Source: an uncultured Staphylococcaceae bacterium
Lineage (GTDB): Bacteria; Bacillota_I; Bacilli_A; RFN20; CAG-826
Length of the DNA: 54,201 bases
NCBI GenBank assembly: GCA_964433025.1
Contig: CAYSPV010000004.1
Location: 8,458 to 62,658 of the forward strand
Reading direction: 5' to 3'
The notes under the pieces are model-generated. The model made no database searches and was not told where the DNA came from. It worked only from the letters and a program-made list of their open reading frames with translations. Position numbers and translations under genes: made by a program. Of the stretch, positions 34,336 to 44,720 are shown piece by piece (position 1 is the first letter of the stretch; each line of letters begins with the position of its first letter).

Positions 34336-37300
34336 AATTCAAACAGAAACTGAATATGAGACATTTATTGTTAAATATTTAAAAGAAAATAATGGTTATA
34401 TAGAAAGAACTAATGCTAATTACGATAGAAATTATGCAATGGATAAAGAACTTTTAATCAAGTTTTTAAATGATACTCAACCTGATACAGTTGCTAAGTT
34501 AAAAAGACTATATGGAAATCAATATGAAGAAACAATTGTTAATTACATAAATAATCGTATAACGGATAAAAATAATAGTTTAATAAATGTTTTAAAAAAT
34601 GGTGTTGAATTAAACGGTCAGAAAATCAAATTAATGTATAATCAAGTCGCCACTGATTATAATCCTGAACTTACAAGAAAATATCAACAAAATATTTTTT
34701 CAGTGGCTAGACAAGTTTGGATAAACGATACTCAAAGAATTGATTTAGTCATATTCTTAAATGGCATAGCAATTATCGCAATAGAACTTAAATGCAATTT
34801 TAGTGGTCAAAGTTATGAAGACGCTATTTATCAATTTAGAAATGAAAGAGATTATAAAAATAGAATTTTTAAATTTAAACAAGGTGTTTTAGTAAATTTT
34901 GCTATGGATTTAAACGAAGTTTATATGTGTACTAAATTAAATGGTGCTTCTAGTTATTTCTTACCATTTAATATGGGAAACGGAAAAGGAATTGATACAG
35001 GAAAAGGAAACCCTAATTATAAAGATAAATATGGTGTTTATTATATGTGGGCCGATATATTAAAAAAAGATACCTTAATTGAATTAATATCTAAATATAT
35101 TTTTATCGAAAAAAGAGAAAATAAAGATATAGAAACTGGAAGAAGTAAAATTAAAGAGACATTAATTTTCCCTAGATATCACCAGTTAGATTGTTTAAGA
35201 AAAATAATAGAAGATGTAAAAATAAATAAAACATCACAAAACTATTTAATTCAACATAGTGCAGGTTCTGGTAAGACTAATACAATATCGTGGTTATCGC
35301 ATAGACTTGCTTCTCTTCATGATGATGACAACAATCAAATATTTAATAACATAGTGGTGGTTACCGACAGAAAAGTAGTAGATAGACAACTTCAAAAGGC
35401 TATAACTGATATTGACCATATGGCAGGAAAAGTTGCTGTTATAGGCGATAATAAAACATCAGAAGATCTAAAAAGAGCACTTGAAGGTAATACTAAAATC
35501 GTAGTCACTACAATCCAAAAGTTTCCTTATATACTTAAGACAGTAGAAGGACTAAATAATAAAAATTTTGCAGTAATAATTGATGAAGCTCACTCTTCAA
35601 CATCTGGAAAGGATATGGCTGCGGTTAACAAAGCATTAGGATCGGATGTTGATTATGAAGACGATGCATTTAATATGGATTATGAAGATGTGATTGTAGA
35701 TGAAATATCTAAATCTGGTAAACGACCAAATGTATCTGTTTTTGCTTTTACCGCTACACCAAAGCCAACTACATTGCAATTATTTGGAAGGGTAAACACT
35801 AGAGGTCAACGCGAAGCCTTCCATTTATATTCTATGAAACAAGCAATAGAAGAAGGCTTTATTTTAGATGTGCTTCAAAATTACACTACATACGAAACTT
35901 TTTATAAAATAAATAAAGAAATTGAAGCTGATCCAAAATTTAAAAGCAATGCTGCTAAAAGAAAAATTGCTCGTTTTGTAGCCCTACATGAAACTAATAT
36001 TTTCCAAAGAGTAGAAATTATAATTGAACATTTTAGGGCTAATATTATGCAAGAGCTTGGAGGACAAGCTAAAGCTATGGTTATTACCTCTTCTAGAGCA
36101 GAAGCTGTCAAATACTCAAAAGCATTTAATAAGTATGTTGAGGAGAAAGGATATAATGATATCCATTCACTTGTAGCCTTCTCTGGCAAAGTAAGTAGCA
36201 GTAGTGTTGGCGAGGGCGAAGATGGACATGAATATAGCGAAACCTCGATGAATGGATTTAATGAAGTAAATACGGCTAGAAAATTTGATGAAGGCGATTA
36301 CCAAGTTTTAATTGTTGCTAACAAATATCAAACTGGTTTTGATCAACCCAAACTCTGTGCAATGTATGTATTAAAAAGACTTAATGGAGTTAATGCGGTT
36401 CAAACTCTTTCTAGACTTAATAGAACCTATCCTCCTTATGATAAAAAAGTTTTTATTTTAGATTTTGCTAATTCTTATGAAGAAATTGAAAGGTCTTTTA
36501 AACCTTATTACACTGCAACAATATTAACTAATTCTGTAAATCCTCAACTCATTTATGAATTAGACGCTAAAGTTAATGAATATTATTTGATTGATTTTGA
36601 TGATATTGATAGTTTTAATAATCATCTATATAACAAACCAATCACTGATGAGGATACAAAAAGACTTAATTATTATCTAAATAAAGCTAAAAAAACATTT
36701 GATTCTATTAGTGATACAAAAACACAAAAAGAGATTTATTTACTTCTTAGAAGATTTATAAGATTTTATGAATTTTTAATTCAAGTATCTTCTTTTGAAG
36801 ATATTGAGATTCATAAAAAATATAATTTCTATTCTTATCTTGTTTCATTTTTACAAGTGAATCAAAGTGGTGGAGGATTTAGTTTAAAAGACAAAATCAA
36901 TGCTTCAAACTTTGTTCAAAAAAAGAAAGAGACAGTTATTAATCCCACGATTCACGCTAATCCAGCTGTTAAACTTCCTACTGCGGAAACATTCCTTTTA
37001 ACCGAAGATAAAGAAAAAAGACTTTCTGAAATTATTGCTGAAATTAATGCTAGAACTGGATACAGTTTTAATAATGATGATGCTGTAAGAGCTATGCTTG
37101 ACATTACAGACGAAATGAAAAAAGATGATGAATTAAGAACCAGTGCTAAAAATAATTCCATTAAAGATTTTGAATTTCCATTCTATGACAAAGCAGAAAG
37201 CGCACTTATTGATGGTTATAATCAAAGGAAAGAATTTGTTAAGAAACTCTTAGAAAATAAAGAAACATTACATGAATTATTAGGTATTTTCCTTCCTGAG

Positions 37301-37345
37301 ATTTATAAGAGTTTAAGAGAAGACGACAAAGAGGACAAGAAATAA
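34328..37345 (+). CDS. hsdR: Type I R-M restriction (helicase-nuclease) subunit
   Basis: 1005 aa. N-terminal PD-(D/E)xK region (DLVIFLNGIAIIAIELK), helicase motif I QHSAGSGKT, motif II IIDEAHSS. The start overlaps the hsdS stop. Confidence 0.92.
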   Translation: MNRIQTETEYETFIVKYLKENNGYIERTNANYDRNYAMDKELLIKFLNDTQPDTVAKLKRLYGNQYEETIVNYINNRITDKNNSLINVLKNGVELNGQKIKLMYNQVATDYNPELTRKYQQNIFSVARQVWINDTQRIDLVIFLNGIAIIAIELKCNFSGQSYEDAIYQFRNERDYKNRIFKFKQGVLVNFAMDLNEVYMCTKLNGASSYFLPFNMGNGKGIDTGKGNPNYKDKYGVYYMWADILKKDTLIELISKYIFIEKRENKDIETGRSKIKETLIFPRYHQLDCLRKIIEDVKINKTSQNYLIQHSAGSGKTNTISWLSHRLASLHDDDNNQIFNNIVVVTDRKVVDRQLQKAITDIDHMAGKVAVIGDNKTSEDLKRALEGNTKIVVTTIQKFPYILKTVEGLNNKNFAVIIDEAHSSTSGKDMAAVNKALGSDVDYEDDAFNMDYEDVIVDEISKSGKRPNVSVFAFTATPKPTTLQLFGRVNTRGQREAFHLYSMKQAIEEGFILDVLQNYTTYETFYKINKEIEADPKFKSNAAKRKIARFVALHETNIFQRVEIIIEHFRANIMQELGGQAKAMVITSSRAEAVKYSKAFNKYVEEKGYNDIHSLVAFSGKVSSSSVGEGEDGHEYSETSMNGFNEVNTARKFDEGDYQVLIVANKYQTGFDQPKLCAMYVLKRLNGVNAVQTLSRLNRTYPPYDKKVFILDFANSYEEIERSFKPYYTATILTNSVNPQLIYELDAKVNEYYLIDFDDIDSFNNHLYNKPITDEDTKRLNYYLNKAKKTFDSISDTKTQKEIYLLLRRFIRFYEFLIQVSSFEDIEIHKKYNFYSYLVSFLQVNQSGGGFSLKDKINASNFVQKKKETVINPTIHANPAVKLPTAETFLLTEDKEKRLSEIIAEINARTGYSFNNDDAVRAMLDITDEMKKDDELRTSAKNNSIKDFEFPFYDKAESALIDGYNQRKEFVKKLLENKETLHELLGIFLPEIYKSLREDDKEDKK

Positions 37346-37360
37346 TTAGGAGGCAAAACT

Positions 37361-37543
37361 ATGAAATGGGAATATAAAACTGTTAATATTAACGTTCATT
37401 TTAAAACGGGTAGTGGAGCTGAAAAAGCTATTCAAGACCAATGTTCAATTTTAGGTGAATTAGGTTGGGAACTTGTTAATTTCCAATGTTATGATATGTC
37501 AACAAAATTCATCTTAGTTTTTAAAAGACCAATGAAAGAATAA
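37361..37543 (+). CDS. DUF4177-like small protein
   Basis: 60 aa. MKWEYKTV... and ...LGELGWELVNF... match the DUF4177 pattern as I remember it. AGGAGG RBS, 15 nt after hsdR. Confidence 0.6.
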   Translation: MKWEYKTVNINVHFKTGSGAEKAIQDQCSILGELGWELVNFQCYDMSTKFILVFKRPMKE

Positions 37544-37747
37544 TTCCTTATTATTTTAGTAATAAATGTAAATAGCATATAAAAAATACAAAATTGATTT
37601 CTTTTTAAATCTAAAATTATTCAGTTCTGTTCTATTAATCGTTATAACAGCGTAAATTAATTAATATATAAAAATATTTTTTATGCATTTTTATTGCATG
37701 AAAAATTAATTTATGTAATACTAATATCAGAAGTGGAGGATTATGAA

Positions 37748-39016
37748 ATGATACTAGCTATACGCGCAAACAACTATTTGGTTTATTCTGATCAAGTTGA
37801 ATTATCTTTAAAAGCTAATTTAAAGATTAAACGTTTACAATCAAATACTATTCCAGTTGGAAATATTAGTGTTTTAAAATCTGGTGCGATTTATGGTCCA
37901 AATAATGTTGGAAAGACATGTTTAGTACGCGCAATTAGATCTATTAAAAATGTTTTATTGAGTAGAGATGCTGAGGTACCTGTTAATTGGTATATCAATA
38001 ATCCAACATGTTATTTAGGAATAACATTTACAGATAAAAATAAGATTTATAGTTATGATGTTGGTTTTACAACAAGAAATAATAAAAATAATATAGTTGG
38101 TTTTACTTATGAGAGATTTGCTGAGATTTTAATTGATTCTTATGGAAATAAAACTGAAAAAATACTATTTTTAAAAGATATTTTTAAAAAGAAGTTTAGA
38201 TGTCCTGGGTATGAAGAAATTGAAGAATTAATGCGTTCCATAGCCATAAATAATATTTTAATTTATACGATTAATACTGAGAAATTTGAAATATTAGGGG
38301 CATACAAAGACATATTTTTAAAATGCGCTAATAGCATTGAAATTGTCGAGCTTTATAACATTCCAATCGATAAAACTATCCAATTACTCAAGGATAAAAA
38401 GGCTGATAAAGAAAAAATTGTCGAATTAATAAAAAAGGCTGATATAGACATAGATGACTTTGAATATGTCAAACCAAATATAAGAAATTTTCCTATTCTA
38501 CAGCCGAATATGAATGTACCTAACGAAAACACTTTTTATAATCAAATTTCACAACTTGATATTTACTATTTAATGTCTACTCATCGTGGTATAAAAGTTC
38601 CCAGTTTATTATTTGATTCTACAGGTACTAAAAAAGTTGTTGCCCTAGCAAGTTATATTATAGAAGCTCTAGAAGAAGGAAAAACCTTAGTAGTGGATGA
38701 GCTTGATAGCAGTCTACATTTTAAACTTACCCGTGCAATAGTATCATTATTTAACAATATAAAAAATACAAAAGGTCAACTAATATTCACTGTTCAAGAT
38801 ATTACTTTACTAGATTGCAAAACACTCTTTAGAAAAGATCAAATTTGGTTTGCTTCAAAAGAAGATGATAAAGTTCGTCTATATTCTCTTGATGATTACA
38901 CAGCCGAAGAAGGCGTAAGAGCAGAGAGCGATCTTACGGAACAATATAAAAAGGGAATGTTTGGAGCTATACCCGAACCTGATTTAATAAGTGTTTTAAT
39001 TGGAGGAGAAGGCTAG
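37748..39016 (+). CDS. AAA_21/ABC-type ATPase (AbiLi / RloA-like)
   Basis: GGAGG 8 nt upstream of the ATG at 37748. Walker A GPNNVGKT, Walker B LVVDELDSSLH, and a Q-loop/signature-poor SMC-like layout. Confidence 0.8.
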   Translation: MILAIRANNYLVYSDQVELSLKANLKIKRLQSNTIPVGNISVLKSGAIYGPNNVGKTCLVRAIRSIKNVLLSRDAEVPVNWYINNPTCYLGITFTDKNKIYSYDVGFTTRNNKNNIVGFTYERFAEILIDSYGNKTEKILFLKDIFKKKFRCPGYEEIEELMRSIAINNILIYTINTEKFEILGAYKDIFLKCANSIEIVELYNIPIDKTIQLLKDKKADKEKIVELIKKADIDIDDFEYVKPNIRNFPILQPNMNVPNENTFYNQISQLDIYYLMSTHRGIKVPSLLFDSTGTKKVVALASYIIEALEEGKTLVVDELDSSLHFKLTRAIVSLFNNIKNTKGQLIFTVQDITLLDCKTLFRKDQIWFASKEDDKVRLYSLDDYTAEEGVRAESDLTEQYKKGMFGAIPEPDLISVLIGGEG

Positions 39017-39633
39017 TGATTAAAACAAAATACAATATTTGTATTATATGTGAAGGTGAAGAGGAATTTGATTATCTTAACCAATTAAAATCGTTCAATG
39101 TCTGGTCTAATATATATTCCATTAAATTTAGGAAAGCATTGTCTATTGATAATATTGCCATTATCTATCAATATGTATACTCAAACTATAATTATGATTT
39201 GGTATTAGTTTTTTGTGATACGGAAGTAGAACCATATGGCCAATATAAGAAAATGAAGGAAAACATTTCAAGTATATATGGAAATAAAAACGCTGTAGAT
39301 CATGTTGTTTTCTTTGCAAATCCTAACTCAATGCAAATAATTTTATCTCATTTTGATTCTATAAAATTACAAAGTAATGATAAAAGCAAAAACAGTTTTA
39401 TAATAGAAAAACTAACTGGCGTAGAAGATTATAGAGCTACTGAAAAACAACGCACTTCTATTATGAGAAAAATTAATGCCGATAATTATGAAATTCTTAA
39501 GACCAATTTAGCTAAATTAGGAACTAATGACACTACTACTGGAAGTACAAATTTTTTAACATTGTTACAATATTTAGAATCTGATGATCCAACATGGATA
39601 GAAGATATTATTCATATACTAGAAGAAGATTAA
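39016..39633 (+). CDS. RloB-like (TOPRIM-like) protein, partner of the upstream ATPase
   Basis: The GTG start overlaps the upstream TAG by 1 nt, with GGAGGAGAAGG upstream. N-terminal ICIICEGEEEFDYL resembles the RloB CEGxxTExxYF motif. There is a later acidic VFCDTE. Confidence 0.65.
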   Translation: MIKTKYNICIICEGEEEFDYLNQLKSFNVWSNIYSIKFRKALSIDNIAIIYQYVYSNYNYDLVLVFCDTEVEPYGQYKKMKENISSIYGNKNAVDHVVFFANPNSMQIILSHFDSIKLQSNDKSKNSFIIEKLTGVEDYRATEKQRTSIMRKINADNYEILKTNLAKLGTNDTTTGSTNFLTLLQYLESDDPTWIEDIIHILEED

Positions 39634-39668
39634 TTGAATTAAAAAATACATTATAGTAAACTAACCCC

Positions 39669-41570
39669 ATGAAAAAATCATTCTTATTATCTTTTATATT
39701 AATTGCTAGTTGTTCTCTTATTTTTACATCTTGTAATAATGAAGATTCTTCTATTAAAGAAGTCGTGGTCATACACACTAATGACACTCATGGATATTTA
39801 GAAGGTGATAATGAATCAATTATAGGTATAGATAAGTTAGCCACTCTTCATAAGTCTATAGATAATAGCATCTTAGTAGATGCTGGAGATGCTACTCAAG
39901 GTCTACCATTAGCGTCTCTAAGTCAAGGACAAGACATAATAGAATTAATGAATTCTGCTCATTATGATGTTATGGGAGTGGGCAATCATGAATTTGATTG
40001 GGGATATCAAAATCTATTAGATAATGTTGAATTAGCTAACTTTAACGTCTTAGCGGCTAATGTCTATCAAAACGATACTCCTTTATTAAGTAATATAGGT
40101 GTAAATGGTAATGGACAAAATACCATAATAGAAGTTGATGGTGTTAAAGTAGGTTTTTTTGCAATTGTTACAAAAGACACTCAATCATCTGTTAATCCAG
40201 AACTATTAGGAGACACTATATTCTTAGATGAAATAGAAATAGCAAAACAACAAATTGACTATTTTAATAGTCAAGATGTTGATATTATAATCGCTATTAC
40301 ACATTTAGGAGACGAAACAGGTGGAGCATCTTTAACATCATCTGAATTAGCGAGTTCTCTAACTGATGAATATTATGGTGCTATTGATGTTATTATTGAC
40401 GCTCATTCTCATACAGTCATTAATGAAACAATTAATGATATATTAATCGTACAAACAGGTTCCTATATGGAAGGTGTAGGAATGTTAACATTTACAATAG
40501 AAAATGATGGATTAAATATTGATTATTCATTAAAAGATATTGAATATTTTTTAGATATTGAAAGTGATAATGACACTAAATCTACATTAGAAGAAATTAC
40601 TACATCACAAGATGAAATATTAGATGAAGTAATAGGAGAGATAAATACCACCCTATGGGGTGGAAATATAGGATCTATTGCTATAGCGAGATTATATGAA
40701 ACTAATCTAGGTGATTTTGTAAGTGATGCATTTGTTTATAGTGCTTCCTCATATATGCAATCTAATAATATTGATATACCCATAATAGGAGTGGAAAATG
40801 CAGGCGGTATAAGAGGAGCGTTTTCCTATGGAGATATCACAATGCGAGATTTAGTTACTGCATTTCCTTATTCAAATACTTTGTATTTGAAAAAGATAAC
40901 ACCAAAGATCTTATATGAAATGATGGAAATATCAGGCTCTTATATTGATGGTCAAGATTCTGATACTGGTATGTTATTACAAACTAATAACTTTGGTGGA
41001 TTTTTACAAATAAGTGGTTTTAGTGTTATCTATGATGCCTCTAAATCATCAAGTGAAGAACATGTTATATCTATAACATTAGATGGTGAAGATGAAATAT
41101 TAGATAAAGAAGATGATACAACTGAAATTATGCTTGTTTCTAATAACTATATTATGTCAGGGGGAAATAATTACACCACGATAGGTGATTTAGAAAAAGT
41201 CGCTGAATTAGGTGGTGAATTAGAAACTGTATTAGAATATTTAGAACTATGTTTAGAAAATAATACCATATCTAATTATTATACAAATCAAGATAGAATA
41301 ATTATGCAAGGTGAATATGAACCAAATAATTATATAGCTAAAATAAAAATAGATAATGCCTATGAAGGATTATCTTTATCTTTTGTTATTGATGGAAGTG
41401 ATATAATCACTTCAGAAGTGGACTCTTCAGGATATGTTAATTTAGAAGTTAGTGATGGTCCTCACTCTGTTCGTTTATCTTCAGGAACAGAAGAAGTATA
41501 TATTAATAACTATATTGGTATAGGAATTATTGAAGATACTTATCGTAGTTATCCTAGTTTAAGTTATTAG
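39669..41570 (+). CDS. Bifunctional metallophosphatase / 5'-nucleotidase lipoprotein
   Basis: Signal peptide with LIFTSC lipobox. HTNDTHG and GNHEFD calcineurin-like motifs. C-terminal 5'-nucleotidase substrate domain. Confidence 0.88.
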   Translation: MKKSFLLSFILIASCSLIFTSCNNEDSSIKEVVVIHTNDTHGYLEGDNESIIGIDKLATLHKSIDNSILVDAGDATQGLPLASLSQGQDIIELMNSAHYDVMGVGNHEFDWGYQNLLDNVELANFNVLAANVYQNDTPLLSNIGVNGNGQNTIIEVDGVKVGFFAIVTKDTQSSVNPELLGDTIFLDEIEIAKQQIDYFNSQDVDIIIAITHLGDETGGASLTSSELASSLTDEYYGAIDVIIDAHSHTVINETINDILIVQTGSYMEGVGMLTFTIENDGLNIDYSLKDIEYFLDIESDNDTKSTLEEITTSQDEILDEVIGEINTTLWGGNIGSIAIARLYETNLGDFVSDAFVYSASSYMQSNNIDIPIIGVENAGGIRGAFSYGDITMRDLVTAFPYSNTLYLKKITPKILYEMMEISGSYIDGQDSDTGMLLQTNNFGGFLQISGFSVIYDASKSSSEEHVISITLDGEDEILDKEDDTTEIMLVSNNYIMSGGNNYTTIGDLEKVAELGGELETVLEYLELCLENNTISNYYTNQDRIIMQGEYEPNNYIAKIKIDNAYEGLSLSFVIDGSDIITSEVDSSGYVNLEVSDGPHSVRLSSGTEEVYINNYIGIGIIEDTYRSYPSLSY

Positions 41571-42283
41571 TTATAAATATCCATTACTCCTAACTCATTA
41601 CATCTATCTAATAGTTTTTTAATTATTTCATCTTTGTCCTCATATTTTTTAATTAATTGAGAATATTTAATAGGTTTATCAAAGATATATTTTCTTTCTT
41701 TGTGGCGAAGATAGGCTACAAAGATATCAATATCTATGCCTTTTTTAAAGGCATAATCACATATAAGTAAAAAACCTGAATAAAAATGAGTTAGTTTTTC
41801 ATAATAGCCTTTGCTGCTATCTTCAGGAAAAAATACTAGATTTTCTTTAAAATCAGTTAAGACTTTATAAGCATCTTTAACACTGTTTAAGAAGCGATAG
41901 TCTTCATAAACAGATATAAGTTTTAATCCATGATAAAAACCATATACCAGTGGTGCGGCAATTAAACACCATAACTTAGCTAAAACAATGTTTATTTTTT
42001 TCTTTTGATGATAATATATTTCACTTAAATATTTATAGGTTTGTTTTAAATTACCATTCATTAAATATATGCCTAATAATCTAGTCTTAAATGGTGCGTA
42101 TAACTCTAATGTAAGAGGGGCTCTTGAGCCTACGTGGTTAGTTAAAATTAAAGAAGGATCTTTTATATGATCTCCTAAATATATAAACTCAGGTCTTCTT
42201 ATCGCTACTTTGGCCATTAATTTTAATATTTTAAAGCCAAATGAATCTTTTCCTTTTGCTTGTAAGGTTGCTTCCTTTTTCAT
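41567..42283 (-). CDS. Possible lysophospholipid acyltransferase (PlsC/LPLAT)-like protein
   Basis: 238 aa. TNHVGSRAP (degenerate NHxxxxD block) and FFPEDS (FPEG-like block). The assignment is weak. Confidence 0.4.
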   Translation of the reverse strand: MKKEATLQAKGKDSFGFKILKLMAKVAIRRPEFIYLGDHIKDPSLILTNHVGSRAPLTLELYAPFKTRLLGIYLMNGNLKQTYKYLSEIYYHQKKKINIVLAKLWCLIAAPLVYGFYHGLKLISVYEDYRFLNSVKDAYKVLTDFKENLVFFPEDSSKGYYEKLTHFYSGFLLICDYAFKKGIDIDIFVAYLRHKERKYIFDKPIKYSQLIKKYEDKDEIIKKLLDRCNELGVMDIYN

Positions 42284-42453
42284 TCTTTTAAATTATAGTT
42301 AATTTAATAAATATAAAACAAGGTTTTTTTATTATTTTTATTAATTTAAAGTAGTCAAATATTAACATATGTGTAGCAATTAGATTTTACTATATAGAAA
42401 ACAATATATAATTTGTTTATAATATTTGTTTGTCAAATAAGGAGAAATAATAT

Positions 42454-43764
42454 ATGTGGCATGAGATATTATATCGAATACTAAGCTCTATTAATTATGT
42501 AATCTTAATTTTAATTGCCATACCTTTACTTATTCAAATCCTATATGTCTTATTTAGTTGGGTTAAAAAGAAAACATATCCTAAAAGTGATAAAAAAGCA
42601 AAAATAGCGTTTATTATACCCGCTCATAATGAAGATGATGTTATAGAAGGTACAGTATCAAGTATTATTAATAATCAACAATATCCTAAAGAATTATTTG
42701 ATGTTTTTGTCGTAGCGAATAACTGTACAGATAAGACAGCGGAGAAAGCTAAAAAAGCAGGGGCAAAAGTCTTAATATTAGATGATCCAGATCCTGCTCA
42801 TCATATACCCTTATATCCTATTAGATATGGTATTGATCATATCTTAAGTTTAGATAGTTATGATATGGTTATACATGTTGATGCAGACAATCATTTAAGT
42901 GATGATTTTTCATCACTTATGAATGATGCTTATCAAACAGGTGTAGAATTTGCTAGACCCTATGAAGGAGCATTAAATCCTACTCAAAATTTCTACACTA
43001 AAGCGTGTACATTATTTTATACATATGATTCTAGATATGGCTCTAGAATAAGAGAAAGATTAGGTTTTGCGGCATTAGTTAATGGAAGTGGGGCAATGAT
43101 GGCTACATCAATGCTTAAAAAATGTGGTGGATATGATGCTAAGACTATATCTGATGATGCGGAATTTAACTTTAATCGTATGTTAGAAGGCTATCAAGGT
43201 CATTATGTAGAAGATGCAGTGGTATATGAAGATATGCCATCATCATTTAAAGATACTTTAAATCGTAATAAACGTATCTTTAATGGAGGTATGAAATTAT
43301 TAAAAACAAAATTATTAAAAATATTAGGTAAGTTTTTTAAAACAGGTAAATTAACTTATTTAGAAATATTTTGTAATTATATATTCTTATTTATCTCCTT
43401 AGTCGTGGCGACTTGGATTCCTATATATTACATATATCATTTCACCTATTTAGGTTTATGTGGTTATGAAATTATAGAAACTACATTACACACGAGTGCA
43501 TATTATTATAATGTAATGTGGACCACGATTTGGTGTGCGATTGGAATATTAGGTTCTTTATTCTTATTTTTTGGAATTATTCAAGGTTTAGTGCTTGTTA
43601 TTATTAATTATAAAAAGATGGGTGCATCTAGTAGAAAAGAATTATTAAGCGCGACATTTTTATTTCCCGCGTTTCTATTTATATATGTAATAACTTTATG
43701 TATGGGAGCGTTTAGCAAAACCAAATACACGAAAGTAAAAAGAAATACAGGAACAACATCATAA
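42454..43764 (+). CDS. Membrane-embedded family-2 glycosyltransferase (processive synthase-like)
   Basis: N-terminal TM helix, IIPAHNEDDVI, DADN, a degenerate QxxRW-position segment (NRNKRIFNGG), and 4-5 C-terminal TM helices. Confidence 0.8.
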   Translation: MWHEILYRILSSINYVILILIAIPLLIQILYVLFSWVKKKTYPKSDKKAKIAFIIPAHNEDDVIEGTVSSIINNQQYPKELFDVFVVANNCTDKTAEKAKKAGAKVLILDDPDPAHHIPLYPIRYGIDHILSLDSYDMVIHVDADNHLSDDFSSLMNDAYQTGVEFARPYEGALNPTQNFYTKACTLFYTYDSRYGSRIRERLGFAALVNGSGAMMATSMLKKCGGYDAKTISDDAEFNFNRMLEGYQGHYVEDAVVYEDMPSSFKDTLNRNKRIFNGGMKLLKTKLLKILGKFFKTGKLTYLEIFCNYIFLFISLVVATWIPIYYIYHFTYLGLCGYEIIETTLHTSAYYYNVMWTTIWCAIGILGSLFLFFGIIQGLVLVIINYKKMGASSRKELLSATFLFPAFLFIYVITLCMGAFSKTKYTKVKRNTGTTS

Positions 43765-44720
43765 TGGAAACTAAAAATCAAGAATATGCTTTAGTAGTCG
43801 AACATCTAAAAAAATCCTATGGTCAAGTAAAGGCTGTAGATGATATTTCCTTTAAAGTAGAAAAAGGATCTTTATTTGCCTTTTTAGGCATCAATGGAGC
43901 GGGTAAATCCACGACAATTAACATCATCTGTTCTATCTTAAGAAAAGATCAAGGAAAGATATATGTAGATGGTAAAGATTTAGATAAACAAGGCTTTGAA
44001 ATTAAAAATGAAATAGGTATTGTTTTTCAAACTTCTGTTTTAGATCAAGAATTAACCGTAAAAGAAAATTTAGATATTCGAACTTCTTTTTATCGTTTAT
44101 CGAAAAAACAAAGAAAAGAAAACATTGATACGATTATTAAATTATTAAATTTAGAACCTATATTAAATCAATCTGTTAAAAGTTTATCAGGTGGACAAAA
44201 AAGAAGAGTAGACATCGCTAGAGCGATGGTGCATAACCCTAAACTATTAATCTTAGATGAACCTACAACAGGTTTAGATCCTAAAACAAGATTAACAGTT
44301 TGGGCTTTAATAGATCATATTCAAAAAGAAACAGGTATGACGGTATTTTTAACCACTCATTATTTAGAAGAAGCTGATAAAGCTAGTAATGTAATTATTA
44401 TGGATAAAGGTCATATAATAGCACAGGGCGCACCTCATGAATTAAAAAATAAATATTCTAATGATTATATATATTCATATATGCAAGAAGATAAAGTATT
44501 TGAAGATTTATTAACAAAAGATAATATTACTTATTCATATGAAAAAGAAAAACAAGCTTATAAAATAAGCTTTAATAGTACTCCTGAAATGCATACATTA
44601 ATTAAAAAATATCAAAAATATATGAACGATATTGAAATATTAAAAGGTAGTATGGATGATGTATTTTTAAATGTAACAGGTAAAAATATTACTTTAGAGG
44701 TAGAAAATGAAAGCAAGTAG
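43764..44720 (+). CDS. ABC transporter ATP-binding protein (ABC-2/DrrA-like)
   Basis: GINGAGKST, LSGGQKRR, LILDEPT. Confidence 0.9.
   Translation: METKNQEYALVVEHLKKSYGQVKAVDDISFKVEKGSLFAFLGINGAGKSTTINIICSILRKDQGKIYVDGKDLDKQGFEIKNEIGIVFQTSVLDQELTVKENLDIRTSFYRLSKKQRKENIDTIIKLLNLEPILNQSVKSLSGGQKRRVDIARAMVHNPKLLILDEPTTGLDPKTRLTVWALIDHIQKETGMTVFLTTHYLEEADKASNVIIMDKGHIIAQGAPHELKNKYSNDYIYSYMQEDKVFEDLLTKDNITYSYEKEKQAYKISFNSTPEMHTLIKKYQKYMNDIEILKGSMDDVFLNVTGKNITLEVENESK

Noticed and set aside
22025-39633. Prophage, ICE or transposon interpretation of the island
   Set aside because: I recognised no integrase, recombinase, relaxase, capsid, terminase or transposase-like ORF, and no terminal inverted or direct repeats were found by eye. 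I describe it only as an island.
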